In this document: in pieces, positions 54,446 through 64,000 of the stretch | How the letters are laid out: the number at the start of each line of letters is the position of its first letter | How positions within the stretch are numbered: the first letter of the stretch is position 1 | Source: Octopus vulgaris | Lineage: Eukaryota | Assembly: GCA_951406725.2 (NCBI GenBank) | Contig: OX597818.1 | Span: 86,552,001-86,616,000 of the forward strand | Direction: 5' to 3' | DNA: 64,000 nt | Notes under the pieces: model-generated | The model's input: only the letters and a program-made list of their open reading frames with translations | Databases searched by the model: none | Told to the model about the DNA's origin: nothing | Position numbers and translations under genes: made by a program

Positions 54446-54631
54446 TTTGTATCTATGAATGTGTTGTAAAGTAGAATCAATAGAACCATCAGTTATGAGT
54501 GAATACTGTTTAGTAACGTACTGTTTTTATTCATGACTTAAATGCTTATATTGATACGACATTGCATAACATCGGTGATCGGACGAGAACTGATGTTTCC
54601 GACGTAACATGGCTTTAAACTAGTGTTTAAC

Positions 54632-54801
54632 ACACTAGCGTAGCTAGAGCGGGTGGAGGGGGTGCCCCTCCCCGGGCGGTACCTTTATGGTAGCGGCACC
54701 ACTATTGCGTCTGCTGTTGGCAAGATGTATTTTTTGTGAGGGCCCGGGGGCGGCAAACTGAAGGGGAGCAGGGGCCGACAGATACTCTAGCTATGTTAGT
54801 G
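54632..54801. mobile_element. hAT-like MITE
   Basis: TIRs cactagcgtagctagag / ctctagctatgttagtg; TSD-like tgtttaac / tgtttaag. Confidence 0.7.
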
Positions 54802-55114
54802 TGTTTAAGGCTATACCACGTATTTAAGACTACATCACAGACACATACATACACACACGCACATACACACACACACACATACACATGTATTTGTATGTTA
54901 TGTCGGGCTTTCATGTGTGAGTGTATGTGTACGTGCGTATTTAAAATTCTAAAGCAAGGGTTGTAAGAAAATTTATGAAGTTGCAAATTGAGACAGAGTG
55001 AAAGAGAAAGGGCACAAGTTACCGAGAGGAGGAAGGAGAGAAAGGTAACAGAGAGAGAGAGAGAGGTAAAGAGAAGGAGAGATGGAGAGAGAGGGGGAAA
55101 GAGGGAAAGCGGGA

Positions 55115-55156
<42 letters not shown>

Positions 55157-55519
55157 AACAAGCTGCAGAGAGAAAGAGAGAGCATGATACGAAGACATCG
55201 AGTATACGATGTCACTCTATGATATGACCACATGGAAAGAGCAGACGTAAGATGGCGACTATCAGAAAAGATCAATTCATAATGACACTTTAATGGCGTC
55301 GTTATTTAAATTATATATCACGGTTATAATGTCATTTTAATACTAGTTATATATACTAATATATGTTAATGGTATATAATGAAAACTAATATAAAAAGTA
55401 GCATTTAAATAGAACTGAGAGGGAGAATAATCATTTGCGCGTTGTATACATACATACAAAACATACATACATAGGTACATACATGCATACATACATACAT
55501 ACATACATACATACATACA

Positions 55520-55594
<75 letters not shown>

Positions 55595-55597
<3 letters not shown>

Positions 55598-56003
55598 GCT
55601 GTGTGGTAAGTAGCTTGCTTACCAACCACATGGTCCGGGTTCAGTCCCACTGCGTGGCACCTTGGGCAAGTGTTTTCTACTTTAGCTCCGGGCCAACCAA
55701 GCCTTGTGAGTGGGTTTGGTAGACGGAAACTGAAAGAAGCCCGTCGTATATATGTATATGCATGTATATGTATATGTATGTGTGTGTTTGTGTGTCTGTG
55801 TTTTTTCTCCCAACATCGCTTGACAACCGATGCTGGTGTGTTTACGTCCCCGTAACTTAGCGGTTCGGCAAGAGAGACCGATAGAATAAGTACTAGGTTT
55901 AGAAAAAATAAATCCTGGGATCGATTTGCTCGACTAAAAGGCGGTGCTCCAGCATGGCCACAGTCAGATGACTGAAACACGTAAAAGAGTAAAGAGTAAA
56001 AGA
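55595..56003 (+). mobile_element. SINE group A, near full-length
   Basis: Multi-copy identity. Confidence 0.9.
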
Positions 56004-56009
56004 GATATA

Positions 56010-56225
56010 TATTCTTATACTTGTTTTAGTCATTTGACAGCGGCCATGCTGGAGCACCACCTTGGAGGGTATTTTAGTCGAATGAATCAACCCCAGAACT
56101 TATTTCTTAAGCCTAGTACTTATTCTATCGGTTTTCTAATGTCGAACCGCTAAGTTACGGGGACGTAAACACACCAACACCGGTCATCAAGCGGTGATGT
56201 GAGGACAAGTGCAGATACAGACACA
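56010..56225 (-). mobile_element. SINE group A 3' half, tail-to-tail with previous copy
   Basis: Multi-copy identity. Confidence 0.8.
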
Positions 56226-56227
56226 CA

Positions 56228-56400
56228 TGCATGGCTTAGTTGTTAGAGTGTTGCACTCACGATTGCGAGATCGTGGGTTCGATTCCCAGAGAGGGCGTTG
56301 CATTGTGTTCTTGAGCAAAGCACTTCATTTCACGTTGCTCTGTGATCATTTCGACGGCTGACATGTGGCACCTGTGCAGGTAATTTCATCTAACGAAGGG
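56228..56400 (+). mobile_element. SINE group C 5' part
   Basis: gcatggcttagttgttag...ggttcgattccc...ttcttgagcaaagcacttcatttcacgttgctc. Confidence 0.75.
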
Positions 56401-56417
56401 AGGGTCCATTATAATCA

Positions 56418-56448
<31 letters not shown>

Positions 56449-56887
56449 TATGTATGTATGTATGTATGTATGTATGTATGTATGTATGTATGTATTTATG
56501 TATGTATGCATGAATGCATGTGTATATATATGTGTGTGTGTGTTTCAAAAATGTTTTCAAAATGTCGGTTTTTTTCAAGTTTTCAAAAATGTCTGTCCTT
56601 CAGCAGCATTTGATCTTGGAACATAAAAATACTGTTGGAAATACTGCTAAGTATTTTTCCAACACTGTAACGATTCTGCCAGCTCTCTATCCTATGTATA
56701 ATATACTATTGGTAAAATCCTTTGCGTCTCGGGCGAAATGCTTCGCGGTATTTCTCCCGTCTTCACATTCTTCTGCGTTCAAATTCCACCGAGGTCGACT
56801 TTGGTTTCATCCTATCGAGCAATGGGGTCGATGTAATCGAATTACCCTCTCCCGTCGAAATTGCTGGTTTTGTGCCAAAATTTGCTG

Positions 56888-57295
56888 ACTGTGTGGTAAG
56901 CAGCTTGCTTACGAACCACATGGTTCCTGGTTCATTCCCACTGCGTAGCACCTTGGGCAAGTGTCTTCTACTATAGCCTCGGGCCGACCAAAGCCTTGTG
57001 AGTGGATTTGGTAAACGGAATCTGAAATTTGCCCGTCGTATATATGTATATACATATATATATATATGTGTGTGTGTCTATGTTTGTGTGTCTGTGTTTG
57101 TCACCCCAACATCGCTTGACAACCGATGCTGCTGTGTTTACGTCCCCGTAACTTAACGGTTCAGCAAAAGAGACCGATAGAATATGTACTAGGCTTACAA
57201 AGAACAAGTCCTGGGGTCGATTTGCTCGACTAAATGCAGTGCTCCACCATGGCCGCACTCATATGACTGAAACAAGTAAAAGAGTAAAAGAGTAA
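56888..57295 (+). mobile_element. SINE group A, near full-length
   Basis: Multi-copy identity. Confidence 0.9.
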
Positions 57296-57308
57296 TATTA
57301 CACACACA

Positions 57309-57363
<55 letters not shown>

Positions 57364-57647
57364 ACACACTCGGGACAGCGACACACAGAGAGAGAGAGAA
57401 GGAGGGATGGAATGAGAGAGAAGAAAATGATGCTGGAGTTTAAAGGGAAGCGAAAGCGAGGGAAACGACATATGGCAGGACGCAACACGTCTTACCGCAT
57501 CAGTTGATTTTTTTTGCTTTTCAATCACCATTCATCCTTCCAACACAGCGGACACTAATTAAGAGATAATGTGAAACAGAGGAACTCATATAACCATTAT
57601 CTTTGTGATGGACAGAAGTAATTTCTGTGAATCGCATAAAAAAAAAA

Positions 57648-57969
57648 AGACTCCGCCGGTTACGACGACGAGGGTCCCAGCTGATACGATCAACGGAACA
57701 GCTTGCTCGTGAAATTAACGTGCAAATGGCTGAGCATTCCACAGACACGTGTACCCTTAACGTAGTTCTCGGGGGATAATCAGCGTGACACAGAGAGTGA
57801 CAAGGCTGACCCTTTGAAATACAAGTACAACTCATTTTTGCCAGCTGAGTGGACTGGAGCAACGTGAAATAAAGTGTCTTGCTCAAGGACACAACGCGTC
57901 GCCGGGAATCGAACTCACAACCTTACGATCATGAGCCGAATGCCCTAACCACTAAGCCACGCGCCCTCA
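57648..57969 (-). mobile_element. SINE group C, tail type 3, full-length
   Basis: A-box TGGCTTAGTGG, B-box GTTCGATTCC, CORE-like body. Confidence 0.85.
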
Positions 57970-58284
57970 CATGTGAATCGCATACATGTACACACATACC
58001 TAAACATCAACGATTTTTTTTTCGGTTACCGCTATTTAATTCAACAACAATTTGTCTTACGAAAACGGCCATCTTCAAACACCTGAAGGGAGATGAAATG
58101 ATTTTGAAATTAAATGCTTAATACTTAAAACATACTAATGATAAGATTATAATGTACTTAGCTATAAAAAGCTGCTAATTATACTCATCTACCGAGAGCT
58201 GTTATGTTATGCAATCACATAACCGATGACAATCAGGTGTTGTTGAAGTATTTTTAACTTAATAGTAAACGAAAAGGTGTTCTA

Positions 58285-58476
58285 CAGTTTTATATTTAAG
58301 AGATGAGGAATTATGTACATTATTTACATTATTTACATTATTTACATTCGACGGATATTTGTCCTCATCTTGTTTGTTGTTAACACAACGTTTCGGCTGA
58401 TATACCCTCCAGCCTTCTTCAGGTGTCTTGGAGAAAGTTCGAACCTGGGTTCTCATTCCTAAGGTATTTTTCGGTG

Positions 58477-58529
<53 letters not shown>

Positions 58530-58622
58530 GTTCTTGTTGTTGTTGTTCAGATCACTGCTTGGAATCGAACTCGGAATCTTGGGGTTAGTAGCCCGCGCTC
58601 TTAACCACTACGTCATATGCCC
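58285..58622 (-). mobile_element. tRNA-headed element with internal (AAC/AAT)n and a hammerhead-bearing tail
   Basis: Head GGGCATATGACGTAGTGGTTAAGAGCGCGGGCTACTAACCCCAAGATTCCGAGTTCGATTCC (A/B boxes, tRNA-Ile-like); partial second copy at 60206-60369. Confidence 0.7.
58382..58427 (-). ncRNA. Minimal type-I hammerhead ribozyme
   Basis: GACAC-CUGAAGA-A-GGCUG-(10 nt)-CAGCC-GAAA-CG-UU-GUGUU; palindromic ACGU stem III. Confidence 0.75.
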
Positions 58623-58659
58623 GTGGGGATAAGGTGTAGTGGTGTTCTGTATGTTATAT

Positions 58660-58839
58660 TTTATCTTTTAGTCATGACTGTGGCTACGCTGGAGCATCGC
58701 CTTAAAGGGGTTTTTGTCGAATAAATCGACCCCAGGACTTATTGCCGAACCACCGCTAAGTTACAGGTATTTAAACTCACCAAAACCGGTTGACAAGCGG
58801 TGAGACAAACACAAAGACCCACACACATAGGTATATACA

Positions 58840-58875
<36 letters not shown>

Positions 58876-58894
58876 CGCGCGCGTGTGTATATGC

Positions 58895-58925
<31 letters not shown>

Positions 58926-59060
58926 CTACAGGCTTCTTTCAGTTTCCGTCGACTTTAGCGTGGGGGAAAAGGCTTTGGTCGGTTCGAGGCTATAGTAGAA
59001 GACACTTTCCTAAGGTGCCACACAGTGGGATTGAATCAAGAACCATATGGTTGGGGAATG
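58660..59060 (-). mobile_element. SINE group A, old
   Basis: Diverged match. Confidence 0.7.
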
Positions 59061-60205
59061 CATTCAAACTGCGATCTGACAGAGTCATAAGGGCGTCAAG
59101 CAAAATGCTTAACTGCGTTTCTTCCGGTTCCTTACATTCTGAGCTTGACTTTTCCTTTCATCATTTCGGACTCGATAAAATACCTATTGAACACTGGAGT
59201 CGATGTAATAGACTCCCCACCTCTTCCAAAACTGCAACCCTTGTGACAAAATTAGGAAGAGAATATTCTCCATTAAGGTGGCCAGCAGGCAAAATCGTAA
59301 AGGCGTGGGAGTAAAATGCTGTGTTGCATTTCTTCAGATTGCGAGTTCAAATTCCGCGAGGGTTAGCTTCTTTTTTTTTTTTATTCTTTTGGGGTCGATA
59401 ATAATAATAGAAACTATGGGGCAAGTATTTGGTCCGATGGTATTGATTAGTTCCCTCCCATCAAAATTGCTTCTTTTTTGTCTAAATTAGAAACCGTTAC
59501 ACAAGTATGTATAACGGTTTCCTATTTTGCCGTAAGCCATGGTCAAACTGAACTATGATCAAAGACGTTCTAATTGTGACCATCCAAACATAGGATATCT
59601 AGGACCATATCTCATTTATCAGTGCATCCTTGTTTTCTTCAGAGAACAACACGTTATTTGAAAGAGAACTGGCTGCTATTTCTAACAGTACGAGAGAGTA
59701 TAGAGACTATAGTGTGTGTTAATGAGAGAAACAGAAGCAGACAGATAAACAGATGGACAGATAGAAAAACAAACAGAAAGACGGAAGGACAGAGTCAGGG
59801 ACAAGCAAAAATAAAGCGAAATAGTAAACGGTGGTGTCGAGAGAATACAAAGCATGAAACGGTGAGAGAGACAACGTTGGACAAAAATGGAGGAAAGGGA
59901 TAGATTTTTTGGTCTTATCTGCTTAATTCTGGTAAATTATTAGTCATTATTGATGATGAAATGTTCAGTTGGCCATTAACTAATTGATTTCTTCACTCAT
60001 TACGACTAAATTCATCAACTAACTGCTTTCTGACAAGGAGTAAAACATACACAAAATTTTTTTTATGACATCCCAACGTAGGAGCCTCTGCGTAGTCGGC
60101 TGATTTGGTAGAAATAGCAGCCAAACTAATTCAAATCACAGCACACTGTATTAACTATAGACGACACTTATCGAAAATAGAGTGCTACCTCAACAGCAAC
60201 ACACA

Positions 60206-60287
60206 TAACCCCAAGCTTCCAAGTTCGATTCCAAGCAGCGACCTGAACAATAATAATGATAATAACAAAAACATCAACAACAACAGC

Positions 60288-60320
<33 letters not shown>

Positions 60321-60369
60321 AACAATAATAACAACAACAATAATAATAATAAAAATAACACTGAAAAAT
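60206..60369 (+). mobile_element. Partial copy of the tRNA-headed element at 58285-58622
   Basis: taaccccaagcttccaagttcgattccaagcagcgacctgaac-(AAC/AAT)n-acactgaaaaat. Confidence 0.75.
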
Positions 60370-60509
60370 TATAGTCAGCAATGCACCAATCTCATCAGGA
60401 AGGATATGAATAACAAATTCATCCAGCAGATATGTAAATAGAAATCTGATTGATGAGTTTGTTATTTAAATCCTTCCTGATGAGATTGATGCATTGCTGA
60501 CTATAATTT
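60366..60509. repeat. 58-bp inverted repeat
   Basis: 60366-60423 versus 60452-60509. Confidence 0.85.
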
Positions 60510-60558
60510 ATCCTTTCGGACACTTTGGAGTGTATCCGTCGAAACATATGTAGGAGAA
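60471..60558 (+). ncRNA. Hammerhead ribozyme with enlarged stem II
   Basis: CCUUC-CUGAUGA-GA...UC-GAAA-CAUAUG-UA-GGAG; palindromic stem III ACAUAUGU. Confidence 0.6.
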
Positions 60559-60719
60559 TTCAAGATATAAATAGTTTAACAACATCCGGAGAGATCGTAT
60601 CCTTGTTTAATTTTCCCATTTTCTACTAAATATAAATATGTGTGTGTGTATGTTAAATAAAGCGAGACAACAAAGCCAAGGCTGTGTGGAATCTTCGGAC
60701 ATTTATAATGAGAAATCTA

Positions 60720-60767
60720 GTCTTACAGCTGTTTCTGGGATATTAGGGATATCCCTTCATCAGAGCC
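60720..60767 (-). ncRNA. Minimal type-I hammerhead ribozyme
   Basis: GGCU-CUGAUGA-A-GGGAUAU-CCCUA-AUAUCCC-A-GAAA-CAGCUG-UA-AGAC. Confidence 0.65.
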
Positions 60768-61219
60768 GATATGAGGGAGTTCAATAGAGAGAAATAGAGT
60801 TCAGTATATGGAGTTATTATGGAAAAGGATGGATATAGGAAGTATAAAGGGAAATAAGAGAATAAAAATAAAATTAAAATATATGTAGGATGTTACACTT
60901 GCAGTTCCATTATCTAAGGAAATTGCTGTGTAGATTGGGTAAAATGCTTCTTGTCTATGCTATGTAAATTCCGATAGGAGTTAATATCTTGTCATTACAA
61001 ATGCATCTCATTTTTTTAATACGTACATGGTCACACAAGACCCGCATTAGACACCCCTCTCGTATTATTAGAGAACCGAGAGTCTAACTACCGTCCTCCA
61101 TTAGCACTTACATAGCCTTACCTGCCATTCTGGGTCTTCTGGATACCAATACCGCTCATACATACATACATACATACATACATACATACATACATACATA
61201 CATAAATACATACATACAT

Positions 61220-61276
<57 letters not shown>

Positions 61277-61480
61277 GGTGGGCTAACCGAGTCGTTAGCA
61301 CACCGGACAATTTGCCAAGCAGTATTTATTCCGGCTTTACGCTTTGAGTACACTATCCGCCAGGTTCGACTTGCCATTTATCCCTTCCAGGGGTTGATAA
61401 AATTAGTGTCAGTTGATCGTTAGGGGTCAATATAATCAACTGGCTCTCGCCCACGAAATTTCAATTCTGGTGCCTACGAT
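61277..61480 (+). mobile_element. SINE group B, old
   Basis: Diverged match. Confidence 0.65.
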
Positions 61481-61509
61481 AGTAGGAATTCTTACATATA
61501 TAATAAATG

Positions 61510-61908
61510 TATGGTAAGTGGCTTGCTTACCAGCCACATGGTTCTGGGTTCAGTCCCACTGAATGCCACCTTGGGCAAGTGTCTTCTACTATAGCCTCGG
61601 GTCGACCAAAGCCTTGTGAGTGGATTTGGTAGACGGAAACCGAAAGAAGCCCGTCGTATATGTGTATATGTATATGTATGTGTGTGTGTGTGTGTGTGTG
61701 TATGTTTGTGTGTCTGTGTTTGTCCCCCCAACATCGCTTGACAACCGATGCTGGTGTGTTTACGCCCCCGTAACTTAGCGGTTCGGCAAAAGAGACCGAT
61801 AGAATAAGTACTAGGCTTCCAAAGAATAAATCATGGGGTCGATTTGCTCGACTAAAGGCGTTGCTCCAGCATGGCTACAGTCAAATGCCTGAAACAAGTA
61901 AAAGAGTA
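61510..61908 (+). mobile_element. SINE group A, near full-length
   Basis: Multi-copy identity. Confidence 0.9.
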
Positions 61909-61969
61909 TATAACACAAAAATATCCTGAAGATTGCGATAGCCAATAAAACAGAAATAAAATCAGAATA

Positions 61970-62030
61970 TGTATTCTCTCTGTGCGGCCCGATACCAAAT
62001 GATCTGCGGCCCGCTTGTTGGGGACCCCAG
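61970..62030 (-). mobile_element. hAT (Charlie/MER1-like) terminal fragment
   Basis: Ends ...gttggggaccccag; homologous to 26928-26990. Confidence 0.55.
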
Positions 62031-62315
62031 CTTTATACCAAATACTACAACTAAGCTTAAAATTAACTAAGTACTTCTATAACACCGGCGACGCTGGCTT
62101 TGTTTTATTATCAATAACAGTTTTTACCAAAATTAAAACATTTAATCAATAACGTCACGAACATTTCTCTAAACAATGTTATCATGTTTTATTTTCATGT
62201 TACAAAACAAATCTTGTGCCAGTTTCTGAAGACTTGCTGGCGAGATTTCATTTACTATCGTCCAACAACTCACTACCACCTTTCCGTCTGTATTTGTATT
62301 TTACTGCTCTTCTCC

Positions 62316-62383
<68 letters not shown>

Positions 62384-62476
62384 GCATACACGCAACACAC
62401 ACACTCTCTTTCTCTCTTTCTCTCGCTATCTTTTTCTATTTCTCTCTCTTTCTCTTTCTCTCGCTATCTTTTTCTA

Positions 62477-62518
<42 letters not shown>

Positions 62519-62804
62519 CATACATACACACACACATATACTATATAGACACATGCACAGATATATATATATATATGGATGTGTGTACATGTGTACTCTA
62601 AGTTGTTCACACACACACATACACACACGCGCACGTACACATATAAGAGAAGCTATTATATTCACGCCTAATGTTACACAACGGTTATTATCTAAAAGCA
62701 TTGTCCCCAATAAATGAAAATAAACAGCTTCCATTTTTATGTATGTGAGAGAGCGTGTATATGTGTTTGAGTGTATTTGTACATACATTCATAGATACAT
62801 GCAC

Positions 62805-63620
62805 GCTTACATACACACACATATGCACATACATACACATACATACATACATACATACATGCATGCATGCATACATACATATATACATACATACATACAT
62901 GCATGCATGCATACATACATATATACATACATACATACAAACATACATACATACATACATACATACATACGTGCTTGCATGCATGCATACATACATACAT
63001 ACATACATACATACATACATACATACATACATACATACATACATACATACATACATACATACACATACATACATACATGCATGCATACATACATACATGC
63101 ATGCATGCATACATACATACACACATACATACATACATACATACATACATACATACATACATACATACATGCATGCATGCATGCATACATACATACATAC
63201 ATACATACATACATACATACATACATACGTGCTTGTATGCATGCATACATACATACATACATACATACATGCATGCATACATACATACACACACACATAC
63301 ATACATACACACATACATACATACACATACATACATACACATACATACATGCATGCATACATACATACACACACATACATACATACATACACACATACAT
63401 ACATACACATACATACATAGATACATACATACATACATACATGCATGCATGCATGCATACATACATACATACATACATACATACATGCATGCATGCATAC
63501 ATACATACACACACGTACATACATACACACATACATACATACACATACATACATACATACATACATACATACATACATGCATGCATGCATGCATACATAC
63601 ATACATATATACATACACTG
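62805..63620. repeat. (CATA/CATG/CA)n microsatellite array
   Basis: Direct inspection. Confidence 0.95.
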
Positions 63621-64000
63621 ACTCCAAATGCTACACATATACCTACGCACCTCAAAATGCCCTGTTGATGTTGCTGAAATTCCAGTGAAGGAGCCTTGGA
63701 TCTAGGCTAGAAACCAAACCTTTCTCTATTAGCAAGAAATTTTGAAAAAAGAATGACATACATACATGAATACATATATACAAACATACATACAAACATA
63801 CATACATACATACATACATACATACATACATACATACATACATACATACATACATACATACATACATACATACATACATACATACATACATACATAAACA
63901 TGCGCTTATATACTTAGATGATTAACTTCTGGAAAGTTTTACACATTTTTACAGTTCCAGTGATGTCTTGGTTCTGTAGTCTTCGAACCAGCTTTCTCCT

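Noticed and set aside
58552-58622. Functional tRNA gene
   Set aside because: Acceptor and anticodon stems pair poorly and there is no oligo-T terminator; better explained as a SINE-type head, as with the other tRNA-like heads

Overview
Eukaryotic, AT-rich, microsatellite-saturated DNA with no recognisable host protein-coding gene. Nearly all listed ORFs are translations of (TA)n, (CA)n, (TACA)n or trinucleotide repeats. The repeat repertoire (three tRNA-derived SINE groups with dozens of copies, RTE-like and RLE/R4-like LINE fragments, hAT MITEs) looks like an octopus-type cephalopod genome; this is an inference. One decayed Tc1 (DD34E) transposon with both TIRs lies at 44985-46734, with an hAT MITE inserted in its catalytic SPDLNPLE motif. 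The most interesting signal is a population of minimal type-I hammerhead ribozymes: about 8 well-formed motifs plus several degenerate ones, nearly all with palindromic stem III. They sit in short Penelope-like/retrozyme-like modules that often carry inverted repeats and usually end against (TA)n/(TG)n tracts. One is fused to a Pol III tRNA-derived head (58285-58622), making it a candidate SINE with a self-cleaving Penelope-type tail. Coordinates were read by eye and repeat boundaries are approximate.
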